DNA of 64,000 bases from a virus. Below, piece after piece: positions 10,697 to 20,108 of this stretch. Both the position numbers and the translations under genes were made by a program. Positions within the stretch are counted from its first letter, which is position 1. Each line of letters starts with the position of its first letter. The stretch covers positions 1 to 64,000 of IMG/VR virus record IMGVR_UViG_3300009034_002625, one strand, 5' to 3'. Under the pieces are notes generated by a model. That model was given only the letters and a program-made list of their open reading frames with translations. It was not told where the DNA came from and did not search any database.

Positions 10697-11923
10697 CTAT
10701 TCTTTGATCCCGAGTAAAGCAGATACATCTGGCAGGTTGCCTTCCTCTTTATACTTTAGATGATAAGACCAAGAAATTTCATAAGAATGAAGCTTTCCTT
10801 TGTAATCAGTTTTTGGAATGATTTTTCGAATATCAGGAGGGGTTACCATATCATCTTCACTAAAACCATATTCTGGAACTTCAGGATAATCATTTAAACC
10901 AATAGCTCTTCCTGATAATCGAAGTTCAGCAGGAAGCCAGCCCAATTTTTGAATTATAGGTTTCTTTCTTCCGCCGATAATCATAATTATTCTCTTTTGT
11001 TTAATTGGCTTAAGAACGGTTGCTTCCTCAGACCACTCCAAAAGATCTCTTGTTCCCGCCATAACACTTTCAAAGACTAGGCTGAAACCCATCGTTAATT
11101 TTTCAGCATCCCAGACAAGTTCTCTGGAAACTTGTCTATAACTTGCTTTCCTTCGCCATATATTTTCAATTCTATCTACTGCCCTTTCCAAATCTCTTCG
11201 TCCTTCCAAAGCTAATGTTCCACTTAGGGTAACCCTTCCTTTCCCTGTATCATCAAAACTATAAGACTCCGAATATTTAGAAGCTTTTTCAGATCCGCCC
11301 TTACTAGAAACCAAAGTAATACTTTCGTCTAGAAAAGTAAAATCGCATCGTGTATCATCTTCATTAATTGAAAAAGCTTGACTCTTGGCAAACATTACAT
11401 CTTTTGCAAGATAAGGCTGTTTACCCTTAGCTTTGGTTAAGGCAGAAATACCTGCCTTGGTTTCTACAAAACCAGCAGTCCTACGAGAAATTTTTCGCCC
11501 TTCGATAGTCCAAGAGTAGGTAATTTCTTCATTGACAACATTAGCTTCTATATAGATAGGTCTGAAACCTTGAAATGTTATTGAAAATTTTATATTGGTG
11601 CTGAAAGCTCCCTGTCGAGGTTCAGTAATAGTAGGACCATCAGTTATTCTTGGTCCTTTATTACAATCAGCAGCAAGCAAAGTTTGAAGAACAGTATCAT
11701 CATCTTTGAGCAATTGAAGATCTTGCTTGTCAGTAGCCATTGCAGCTTTTAAAGCATTCCATTTTGTATTCAAGTCATCTTGGCCAGTTCCTGCAAGCCA
11801 ACCTTCTGTTGGCCAAGTTTCTCTAGTTCCAATCCTTCTTCCAACAGCATCGAATTCTGCTACAATTCCAGCTTGAAAAGTTGGCATTATTGGAAATGTA
11901 TAAGCTCCGTATTTGATTTTCAT
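10697..11923 (-). CDS. Distal tail/baseplate-region protein
   Basis: 408-aa ORF between tape measure and tail tip genes. Confidence 0.55.
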   Translation of the reverse strand: MKIKYGAYTFPIMPTFQAGIVAEFDAVGRRIGTRETWPTEGWLAGTGQDDLNTKWNALKAAMATDKQDLQLLKDDDTVLQTLLAADCNKGPRITDGPTITEPRQGAFSTNIKFSITFQGFRPIYIEANVVNEEITYSWTIEGRKISRRTAGFVETKAGISALTKAKGKQPYLAKDVMFAKSQAFSINEDDTRCDFTFLDESITLVSSKGGSEKASKYSESYSFDDTGKGRVTLSGTLALEGRRDLERAVDRIENIWRRKASYRQVSRELVWDAEKLTMGFSLVFESVMAGTRDLLEWSEEATVLKPIKQKRIIMIIGGRKKPIIQKLGWLPAELRLSGRAIGLNDYPEVPEYGFSEDDMVTPPDIRKIIPKTDYKGKLHSYEISWSYHLKYKEEGNLPDVSALLGIKE

Positions 11924-11925
11924 AG

Positions 11926-14874
11926 TTATCCCAGAGCGATTGTAGATTTCTCAAACATATCGGGAATTCTTTCTGTAAGAGCTAGTGTAATTTCCTCAGT
12001 TATTTCATCAATTCGGGGTTTCACTCTCTTTTCAACTTCATCTCCTACGGCTTCTGCGGTTTCTTTAGAAGTTGGTTTTAGTTCCACCATTGTTTCAAGC
12101 TTCACAGTTCCTCCCACATCAATTTTTGCAATGGGAGCTTTAAGCTTAAATGCTTTCTCAAGTTTTTCTTTTAAAAGCGGACTAACTTTTTCAATTTCTC
12201 CAAGCAGAGCTTTCCAATCTTCTTTCATTACTTTAATTCTACCTCGAAGCTCTTCTGCTATTCTCAATTGTTTTTCAGTTTCAATTGGCAACATACTCAA
12301 TATTTTTTCTAAGCCTTGAATTTCTTTGTATTCTTTTGCATAATTATTTATTTGTTCAAGGGTTATTTTCTTTAAAAGCTGATGAGCTGCATAAACATGC
12401 TCTCCGTGTATTACTTCTCTTCCTCTATTTTCGGCTAAGCGTTTGGATCCCTCAAGCATTTCTTTAAGCCAGCCAGCTGAACTTTCTATCTGTTTCCCGA
12501 CTATTTTATAGCTCTTTTCAATATCCCATCGACGCCAAAGCTCTTCTTGGGCCGTCTTGGGAATTTCCGTAAGAGTCTCCAGTAAATGCTGGGCCTCTTT
12601 TTCATTTATGCTAACCACTTCTGCTATTTTAGAAAATCTTTTTCTAACTTCGTCAATAGGTTTAGGTAAATCCTTAATGGGTTCTGGCATTCTAGTTTTC
12701 CCCAAAGTATCTTGAAATCTTGTCCATGCATCTTCCATCTCCGAAACATCAGTATCGAACTCTTGAGCTAAATTATCAAAAGCAGGTGTTAAAGCATTAA
12801 AAACTGATTCTAGAGTATAAGCAAAACCAATTATCGCTGCAAGTTTCGCTCCAGCTTCAACTATACCCCAAAGACCTTTTTTCGCTAGACTAAGTGTCAG
12901 GGTAAGTAATGTCCCAGCTTTCCAAGCATCATATATTGCTTTTCCGATCTTGACGAAAGAAAGGCCCATGCGAGTTAGCCAAAAAACTATTTTTGAACTG
13001 ATGAAAAACCATATTAATTTTGATCCAAAGACTTTAAGAATGCTCAAGGCTCCTTTTATTGCTTTAATTAAAAGGGGGAAAAGAACTATTGCTATTCTTG
13101 CAAAAGGTTCTGCAATAGCTACTAAAACTTCCAGAAAATATCCAAAAGCTGTAATCAAATCATGAATTACTTCAGCATTAAGCAAGCCTTCTTCTGTAAC
13201 TACTTTAAATCGTTTTCCCAAATAAGTTAAAGCTTTCCATGTCATACTAATTGTTTTATATAACATTAAAAATCCAGGAAGAATCCATGTCTTTATTTTT
13301 TCCCCAATATCTTTAGCCCATTTTAAAATTACTTTTCTATTTGCAATAATAAAATCAGAGATTTCTTGAAGAGCTGGAGCAAATGTCTCCATCAAAGTAA
13401 TCCTAACCCAATCGATTACACTTCCTAACATTTTGAAAGAAGCCCAAGCTGAATCTGTAACTGTAGTTAATTTCTTTTCTAATTCATTAATATCCTTCAT
13501 AGCATCAACATGCTTTTTCATTTTTTCAGTAGATATACTCAGCCAAGCTGCCAACCCAGACAAAGCTCTAATTCTGCCCATTAAAAGAAAAGCTTCTGCT
13601 TGTTCACTTTTTGTAAGTGCATCTGTTGCATCTTTCAATAATTTGTGAAGATCTAAGAGTTTTAAAATTTCAGGACCTTCTTTGTTGAAAATATCTGCAA
13701 GTTGTTCATGCGTAATTCTTAATTTAGTTGCCATAAATTCGCCTAAATCCATTTCTTCCCCGGAAGCCCTAAGCATCTTAATTACTCCAGCAAGCATTCT
13801 TCTCAAGAAAGTTCCTGCTTTTGCACCCTTAATCATTTTATCGTGAAGAACCATAAGAGATGCAGTAACTTCTTCAAAAGTAATTCCCAAAGAATATGCA
13901 AGGGGCCCTATATAAACCATTGCTTCCGAGAATCTTTGCATTGTCAAAGCAGTTCTAGATATCGCATAATCCATTACACCAACAATATGAGTTAAATCAC
14001 TAGCTGTTAAATTGTAGGTTTTCATTACGCCTATTGCGGTTTCACTAGTAGCAGCTAAAGATTCTTGGTGAACTGTTGCAAAAGCAATTACAGGACCCAG
14101 AGCTTGAAAAATTTCTTTTTGCTTTAGACCAGCAGATGCCATCCAATATGAAGCCTCAGCAATTTCTTTCGCAGCGAATACACTAGAAGCAGCTAATTCA
14201 AGAACCCTTTGCTTTAAAGTTTCCTGAATTTTTATCGAACCTCCCATGATTGCTGAAGTTCTAATAATCGCACTTTGTAATTCAGCCCAAGGATCGTAAA
14301 GACTTTTAACAGCTCGAAAAAGTGTATAACCTATAAGAACTACTCTTAAAAAAAATGATTGTAAACTTCTCAAGGCTTTAAAGCCTCTGGTAATGCCCCT
14401 CCAAAGAACTCCAAATCCTTTTCCAACCATATTTACACCTTTTCCAAGACGTTGAGTAGTTCGCATGACCCTTGATGTCCAATGAGTTAGGGTTTTATAT
14501 CCTGCTGCCAAGACATCAACCACTGCCTTTTGTCTTTGAAATTGATTGATAACCCGCTTCGCATCTTTTTCTACTATTTTGGCTACAGAAGTCGTTTTTC
14601 TCTGAGATTTATTAAATGTTTCATTTGCTTTGGCAACTTTTAAAATAGCAGGACCATATTTGTCAAAACCTTTAGTGAGATCTCGCATGATTTTGAGAAT
14701 AGCTTGAGCCTGCTCATAAATTTTTTTAAAGACTTCGGTAGGAGGAGCAATAGTCTTCCATTGTTTGGAAAGTTTCTGCATTTCTTGGGTAAACTCTGCC
14801 CCAAATTCTGCCAAAGCCTTCATTGCGGGCTGATAATTAGCAGAGATTATTACAACAGCATCTGGCTTGGCCAT
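11926..14874 (-). CDS. Tail tape measure protein (TP901-like core)
   Basis: 982 aa, helical; FAAKEIAEASYWMASAG...GPLAYSLGITFEEVTA...GAKAGTFLR core; follows the chaperone genes. Confidence 0.9.
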   Translation of the reverse strand: MAKPDAVVIISANYQPAMKALAEFGAEFTQEMQKLSKQWKTIAPPTEVFKKIYEQAQAILKIMRDLTKGFDKYGPAILKVAKANETFNKSQRKTTSVAKIVEKDAKRVINQFQRQKAVVDVLAAGYKTLTHWTSRVMRTTQRLGKGVNMVGKGFGVLWRGITRGFKALRSLQSFFLRVVLIGYTLFRAVKSLYDPWAELQSAIIRTSAIMGGSIKIQETLKQRVLELAASSVFAAKEIAEASYWMASAGLKQKEIFQALGPVIAFATVHQESLAATSETAIGVMKTYNLTASDLTHIVGVMDYAISRTALTMQRFSEAMVYIGPLAYSLGITFEEVTASLMVLHDKMIKGAKAGTFLRRMLAGVIKMLRASGEEMDLGEFMATKLRITHEQLADIFNKEGPEILKLLDLHKLLKDATDALTKSEQAEAFLLMGRIRALSGLAAWLSISTEKMKKHVDAMKDINELEKKLTTVTDSAWASFKMLGSVIDWVRITLMETFAPALQEISDFIIANRKVILKWAKDIGEKIKTWILPGFLMLYKTISMTWKALTYLGKRFKVVTEEGLLNAEVIHDLITAFGYFLEVLVAIAEPFARIAIVLFPLLIKAIKGALSILKVFGSKLIWFFISSKIVFWLTRMGLSFVKIGKAIYDAWKAGTLLTLTLSLAKKGLWGIVEAGAKLAAIIGFAYTLESVFNALTPAFDNLAQEFDTDVSEMEDAWTRFQDTLGKTRMPEPIKDLPKPIDEVRKRFSKIAEVVSINEKEAQHLLETLTEIPKTAQEELWRRWDIEKSYKIVGKQIESSAGWLKEMLEGSKRLAENRGREVIHGEHVYAAHQLLKKITLEQINNYAKEYKEIQGLEKILSMLPIETEKQLRIAEELRGRIKVMKEDWKALLGEIEKVSPLLKEKLEKAFKLKAPIAKIDVGGTVKLETMVELKPTSKETAEAVGDEVEKRVKPRIDEITEEITLALTERIPDMFEKSTIALG

Positions 14875-14878
14875 CTAT

Positions 14879-15178
14879 CTATCTCCTAGGTTTCTTCTTT
14901 GAAATTTTATCTGTTTCTTCTTTTTCATATTGATGAATAGCATCATCAATTACCATCAAATAATTTAAAAGCCTTGGCGAAAGATCGTCAAAGCTTTTAA
15001 GTCCTGGATATCCGCTAAAGATTTTAATCAGCCTATACATTCTGAAAGCATAGGATGCATAAGGCCAAATATCTGGCATTAGATATTTCGGACAAGGAAC
15101 TCCTCGGATCTTTCCCTCGCAATCTGGATCCATTCCCTTGGCTTGTATAGTCTTTTCGCAAGTTTCACAAGAAGGCAA
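14879..15178 (-). CDS. Tail assembly chaperone frameshift extension (gpT-like)
   Basis: Only a TTG start; reachable by -1 frameshift from the upstream chaperone. Confidence 0.7.
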   Translation of the reverse strand: MPSCETCEKTIQAKGMDPDCEGKIRGVPCPKYLMPDIWPYASYAFRMYRLIKIFSGYPGLKSFDDLSPRLLNYLMVIDDAIHQYEKEETDKISKKKPRR

Positions 15179-15201
15179 TTTGGGATTCTTGAGACTCCAG
15201 G

Positions 15202-15567
15202 TTACGAGATCTCTGAGTTTTTTTCTTCTTCCTCCTCCAATTCTTCTTCTTCTGTAATGCCTCGAATTTTTTCTATCAAATCAGTAACTATTTCTCCAGG
15301 CAGAAGGAGAATTTTATCTAAAGCAAAAGGAACTTCTTGTCCTTCTCCATCAAAAACTTTTTCCCAGCCTTGTATGCCTCTTTTCAGATATTCAAGACCA
15401 ACAGTAGAATACTTAAAGTCAATCTTCCGCTTTCCTTTCATTGCCCACATCTTGTCATCAATCTGGGCTCTTTCTTCAGCATCTAACCTTCTATAAAAAA
15501 ACCTAGATTCTCCTACTTCGTGGACCAGCTTTTCTCCGGGGCTGATCAAAACAACTCTGTCCGTCAT
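15202..15567 (-). CDS. Tail assembly chaperone (gpG-like)
   Basis: Between tail tube and tape measure; acidic C-terminus ending at a slippery site. Confidence 0.8.
   Translation of the reverse strand: MTDRVVLISPGEKLVHEVGESRFFYRRLDAEERAQIDDKMWAMKGKRKIDFKYSTVGLEYLKRGIQGWEKVFDGEGQEVPFALDKILLLPGEIVTDLIEKIRGITEEEELEEEEEKNSEIS
15217..15223 (-). other. Programmed -1 ribosomal frameshift heptamer A AAA AAC
   Basis: GAA AAA AAC TCA GAG ATC TCG TAA; the -1 frame reads KKLRDLVTWSLKNPKLPSCETCEK without a stop into 14879..15178. Confidence 0.8.
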
Positions 15568-15585
15568 AAATCCTCCTTTCTTTTT

Positions 15586-16491
15586 TTATGTTACAGTAAC
15601 TTCCAATTCCATATCACTTCCTGAGCGAATAGCTGTGTATGAAACATTTTCTTCTACTACTTGATCGCCTCTATCAAAATCATATTCTGGAAGAATCACA
15701 TGTTTCAAATCAAAGGCCCAAGTATCCGTGCCATTTGTAAAAGAAAGCTGTAATGCCTTTTCAGTCTTATTTTGAACATCATGCCAGAAATCGGTAGCTT
15801 CATCTAACTCAAGAATAAAGTTTCCCGTGCAATTTGCTACTCCTTCAGGATGCTCTTTTGTATAACAATCTCCAGTTGTAAAATAATCAGAGGCAAAACC
15901 ATTGTCATAAACAATTTCAGCAGATCTAACAGCTGTAGGCGTAACACCAACCGTAAAGGTTCCCTGACACATTACAAAAGGTTCTTTAAGCGGTGAATAA
16001 GTAGGAGATTGCAGACTTGCAACATCTAGTAATTTTCTAGTATATCTCCCAACAACATTCAAAGAAGCTCTTAAAATTTCTCGATTAGCCATTGTAAAAG
16101 TAATTGAAACAATCTTGACGCCGACATGGACAAAGCCTAAGCCTGCAATTCTTTCTTGGATCGTGAAAGATTTCAATCCAGCATCGTCTGGTTTATAAGT
16201 ATTTACACTTTGGGGCCCGATTGCCCATTTCAGAAAGTTATCAAATTCTCCATCTCTCACATCAATATCGGGAATAGTTCCAGCAAGAACTTTGTCACCC
16301 CAAGCAAAATATCTTTTCCCGCGAGTTCCATCGGTTCCATCCTGCTCAATCACATTAGGAACCATTTTAAGATCAGTATCCCCATAAGATCTTAACCAAA
16401 TAGCTCCAGAAGAAAAATCAGTTTCTTCTACACCCCAATCAGTTTCTTCCTTAAACCCTATCGTTCTTTTCCATTGATAGTCTCTTGCCAT
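15586..16491 (-). CDS. Major tail tube protein
   Basis: IGFKEETDWG N-terminus, LKSFTIQ...GVKIVSITFT motifs, position in tail operon. Confidence 0.8.
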   Translation of the reverse strand: MARDYQWKRTIGFKEETDWGVEETDFSSGAIWLRSYGDTDLKMVPNVIEQDGTDGTRGKRYFAWGDKVLAGTIPDIDVRDGEFDNFLKWAIGPQSVNTYKPDDAGLKSFTIQERIAGLGFVHVGVKIVSITFTMANREILRASLNVVGRYTRKLLDVASLQSPTYSPLKEPFVMCQGTFTVGVTPTAVRSAEIVYDNGFASDYFTTGDCYTKEHPEGVANCTGNFILELDEATDFWHDVQNKTEKALQLSFTNGTDTWAFDLKHVILPEYDFDRGDQVVEENVSYTAIRSGSDMELEVTVT

Positions 16492-16514
16492 TTCTTTTCC
16501 TCCTATGTTAAAAA

Positions 16515-16964
16515 TTATACAGGGGTTATATCCACAGTACTCATCTTTAGAGCGAACTCAATTGATCCTCCAGCTACGCCCCTATTTTCTTTAACTTTTG
16601 TAAAAAATTCTCCACCTTCAATCCAAGATCGAGCACAACAACCATTAACTTGGGGATTTTTCAAAAGCCACTTTGATATTTCAGCCATTCTTTGATCTAC
16701 TAATTGTTTTTGAAAATTAACATCCATCTCTGAATGATAATAAATTACATTAAGAATAATATCCCAATAGGCCCAATCCCTACTTCTTCTGTCAGGAAGA
16801 AATCTATCAAAGTCAACACAGATGCAGGGAAGGCTAATTAGGACTTCTCTATCTTCATTGAAGAATTCCTGTATTCCCCAATCTGTTTGCTTTAACTTCA
16901 ATATCACTAAAGTATTTTCTACAGCATCTCGAAATTCACCTTCACCGGTTGCAACTACCGCCAT
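16515..16964 (-). CDS. Putative tail terminator/completion protein
   Basis: 149 aa, LPCICV motif, immediately upstream of tail tube. Confidence 0.55.
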   Translation of the reverse strand: MAVVATGEGEFRDAVENTLVILKLKQTDWGIQEFFNEDREVLISLPCICVDFDRFLPDRRSRDWAYWDIILNVIYYHSEMDVNFQKQLVDQRMAEISKWLLKNPQVNGCCARSWIEGGEFFTKVKENRGVAGGSIEFALKMSTVDITPV

Positions 16965-17572
16965 TATCTTGCCCCATCTCTTTTAACTTTCATTTTCATA
17001 AAATGCCTAAAAAGTTTCGAAAAAGTTCTAGCTATTTGATTTCTTTTCTTTTTACTGATGAAAAATAATCTTCTTGATTCATGAAATTTTAAAGCATAAG
17101 GAACCTTAGTCTTTTTGACTCCCCAAATATAAACATAAGAATCACCTCTCTTTTCAGGTTTTCTGATACCAGCAGGATGTTTTAACATAGTTAATGCATT
17201 ATACAATAAATCAGTTAGCTTACCTATGTGTTTTCTACCAGAAGGATGAACAACTGGTCGACCATGATGTAAATATTTCTCTTTTTCTTTTTTTCTTCTT
17301 TTTTTTGGCTTTGTCTTTCCACTAGCTATATCTTTCCATTTGGAATATCTAACACTTAGATCTTTCCAGCCTTTTCTGGGAAAATCTTTAAAACATTTTG
17401 CTATGCGTTGTTTAAAGGGAGTAGATTCAATTGAAGCCCTTGTAGAGGAATCTATTGCCAAGCCAAGATTTTCCACCTTGGATTTAAAAGTTTCTTTATC
17501 AATTTTTATTTGAACTTTAAACATCCCCATATTCTCCCGATTCCCACTCAACACTTGGCAACGTTGGTTCAT
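16964..17572 (-). CDS. Neck/virion morphogenesis protein (Mu gpG-like); probable start about 17530
   Basis: Basic; WKDLSVRYSKWK...G.LT..L...PYALKFH pattern; position. Confidence 0.55.
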   Translation of the reverse strand: MNQRCQVLSGNRENMGMFKVQIKIDKETFKSKVENLGLAIDSSTRASIESTPFKQRIAKCFKDFPRKGWKDLSVRYSKWKDIASGKTKPKKRRKKEKEKYLHHGRPVVHPSGRKHIGKLTDLLYNALTMLKHPAGIRKPEKRGDSYVYIWGVKKTKVPYALKFHESRRLFFISKKKRNQIARTFSKLFRHFMKMKVKRDGAR

Positions 17573-18239
17573 GATGTAATTTTGGACGATAGAAATAATC
17601 TACATATACTGTTTGTTTATCAGTTATATTTCCCCCTGATAGCCTTCTGATTTCCCCTGTATCATAAAAGATTTCATAATCAGTATCTCTTACATAAACA
17701 TTTGTTTTATCCAAATCATCATAAACTACTTCTGTAAACTTTAAAACATGTTGATGATCTAGAGAAAGATAATCTTGGTCTGTCATATAAACTTCTTCCT
17801 CCCTAATTTGTCTGAAGCCTGAAGACCTCGGTTTGGTTGTTGGCTTAACTCCCCATTTGCCTGGCTGTATTTGAATTCTACCAGCCAACATATCATCTAT
17901 CCATTTTTCTCCCGATTCTCCCCAAACAACAACATTCGCAGGAATTTCATCTCCTTCGGATCTAATTATCACAGCTGAATAAATGTTATAACAAGATAGA
18001 TAAGTCGCTGCTTCTTTCAATATCGCTTCAATAGTAGCAGAAGGCGTGAAGCCCAATCTTCCTGAAATATAAGATTCTTGGGCATCAATAAAAGCTGTAA
18101 TTTGAGCTTCGGTGATATTGTCTGTTGAGGCATTTCCAATTTTAATTCTGGGATAGACTCCACCGCTCATCAGAACTCGTTTAACTGCTGCAAGATCTGT
18201 TATATATGGTGCCATTTTTTTACTCCGCAAAACTTTCAT
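17517..18239 (-). CDS. Head-tail adaptor (Mu gp36-like) with extra C-terminal beta domain
   Basis: MAPYITDLAAVK...IDAQESYISGRL N-terminus; YVRDTDYEI...GEIRRL...VYVDY C-terminal domain. Confidence 0.6.
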   Translation of the reverse strand: MKVLRSKKMAPYITDLAAVKRVLMSGGVYPRIKIGNASTDNITEAQITAFIDAQESYISGRLGFTPSATIEAILKEAATYLSCYNIYSAVIIRSEGDEIPANVVVWGESGEKWIDDMLAGRIQIQPGKWGVKPTTKPRSSGFRQIREEEVYMTDQDYLSLDHQHVLKFTEVVYDDLDKTNVYVRDTDYEIFYDTGEIRRLSGGNITDKQTVYVDYFYRPKLHHEPTLPSVEWESGEYGDV

Positions 18240-19293
18240 CTACGGTTATTTCGTAACCATATGGTGAATTGGGTAAAAGTTTATCATAAAGATCTCTAAC
18301 AAAACTCAAGAATAAACCACCATCATCTGAATCAGTTGTAAGGTAAAAAGCATCATCAAGAACAAACAAAGGAACTAAAACATAACGAGTCGCAGCAATA
18401 GCATAAGCAGTAGTTCCATCAATTACTACAGATCCTGAAATTCCAGATGCATTTTCTTGGGTAATTGTGCAAGTTACGGGAGCTCCATCATAATAAGCAG
18501 TTCCGCTTGCAACAAGTTCGTCTCCATCCGAATCTGAATAAAGTTTAATAGTCAAAACATGAGTATAGCCAACTCCATTGGCAACAACTGTTAAAGTATA
18601 ATAAAGTTTTCCTTCATCTGAATTATCATTATCATAACCAGTCAAAGACCAAGATGAAAGTTGATTATTGGTATCACCATATTCAAGAATTGTAGTTCCT
18701 TCTATTATCTTAAAAGAAATTCCACCTTCTTCCCATTCGTAATCTTCATCCGTTACAGGCTGAACAGAAGGTGAAGCAATCGCAGAACACCTTACTTCCC
18801 AAAGTTCAGATCCTTGGGTTCCTACATCTGAACAGATAACTTCAATATAATTATCTTCTCTAGCCATTTGAGTAGTAAGATAATTTATTAGACTTCCCGC
18901 ATTGGAATTAGTCAAACTGCTTGTTGGGCCGCTAGAAGAAATCGTATTAGCTTTAACCTTATCGCTTGCGGAATTCATCTCTCTTATCAAATCATCTATT
19001 ACCTGAACTACAGTCTCATCAAGTCCTGAATTTAGTTGTGTTTTTACAAAATTGCTGAAAAATGAATCACAATCGGTCTTGATCAAAGTATCTTTCCAGG
19101 TAAGATAGGTACTTTGCTTTGCATCAAAATCATCCAGTGCTGTCTCAAGAGATTCCATATCTGATTTATTCGTATTGAATAAATTAACAAATGCTTTCCT
19201 TATTGATTCATAATAGTCATCATATTCAACCATTGTATTTCTAAACATTACATATTTCCCCATGCGACGATAAATTAAATCACGATCGTACAT
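18220..19293 (-). CDS. Putative virion structural protein
   Basis: 357-aa acidic, S/T/G-rich ORF in the head-neck region. Confidence 0.5.
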   Translation of the reverse strand: MYDRDLIYRRMGKYVMFRNTMVEYDDYYESIRKAFVNLFNTNKSDMESLETALDDFDAKQSTYLTWKDTLIKTDCDSFFSNFVKTQLNSGLDETVVQVIDDLIREMNSASDKVKANTISSSGPTSSLTNSNAGSLINYLTTQMAREDNYIEVICSDVGTQGSELWEVRCSAIASPSVQPVTDEDYEWEEGGISFKIIEGTTILEYGDTNNQLSSWSLTGYDNDNSDEGKLYYTLTVVANGVGYTHVLTIKLYSDSDGDELVASGTAYYDGAPVTCTITQENASGISGSVVIDGTTAYAIAATRYVLVPLFVLDDAFYLTTDSDDGGLFLSFVRDLYDKLLPNSPYGYEITVDESFAE

Positions 19294-20099
19294 TTCTTCC
19301 TCCTTCTTATTTTTCCAGCATAATTATCAGTTTTTTTATGACACACTTGGCAAAGAGTTTGCCCATTTGAAATTTCAAATCTTAAAGCAGGATATTTTGC
19401 AAAAGATAAAACATGATGAGCATTTAAATAATTTCCTCTTTTCCTACATTTTTGACAAATATAATTATCTCTTTCAAAAACTGCTTTTCTCCAATCTTTA
19501 TATTCTTTTGAATAATATCCTGTTTTATAACCTTTGCTTTTTCCACCTTTCCAATTATAATGTTTCGGCCCTTTTATAGATTGACCAATTTTATCTCTGG
19601 TCTTTTGAGAACGAGGAGGTCTTCCAAGTGAACCACAAGATTGAGAACAATATTTTCGGGAAACAGAAGGTATAACTTCAAAAGCTTTTCCGCAATATAA
19701 ACAAACTAATACCTTTCTTTTATAAGGAGCATGTCTTTTGCGTTTCATTCCTTTTCGAGTCAGTAATCCTTTTTCTATGGATTCTTTAGATAGTTTTCGA
19801 CCTTTGAGTTTTATGCTAATTTTCAATTTGGATTCCAAAGTATGATGTCTTCCCGAAAAAGTTGGAGGGGGAGTTTGTTTCAGCCGAATAATTCTTAATT
19901 TATTTTTAGTTTCTTCAGAAACTTTTTTTCCCATTAAAGCTTTAGATATTTTCTTTTTGTGATCCAAGGAAAATATTCTTCCCTTACCACTCAAGCTCAT
20001 TTTTTTCTTAGTTTCTTCCGAATGAAATTTTCCCATGTGTGATTTTCTCATTTTCTCTATAGATTCTTCTGAATGTTTAAAACCTAACCTATTAGGCAT
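19275..20099 (-). CDS. NUMOD3-repeat HNH homing endonuclease
   Basis: Repeated HSEETKKKMS-type motifs; WRKAVFERDNYICQKC...AHH...NGQTLCQVCH. Confidence 0.9.
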   Translation of the reverse strand: MPNRLGFKHSEESIEKMRKSHMGKFHSEETKKKMSLSGKGRIFSLDHKKKISKALMGKKVSEETKNKLRIIRLKQTPPPTFSGRHHTLESKLKISIKLKGRKLSKESIEKGLLTRKGMKRKRHAPYKRKVLVCLYCGKAFEVIPSVSRKYCSQSCGSLGRPPRSQKTRDKIGQSIKGPKHYNWKGGKSKGYKTGYYSKEYKDWRKAVFERDNYICQKCRKRGNYLNAHHVLSFAKYPALRFEISNGQTLCQVCHKKTDNYAGKIRRRKKCTIVI

Positions 20100-20108
20100 C
20101 TTCCCCCC

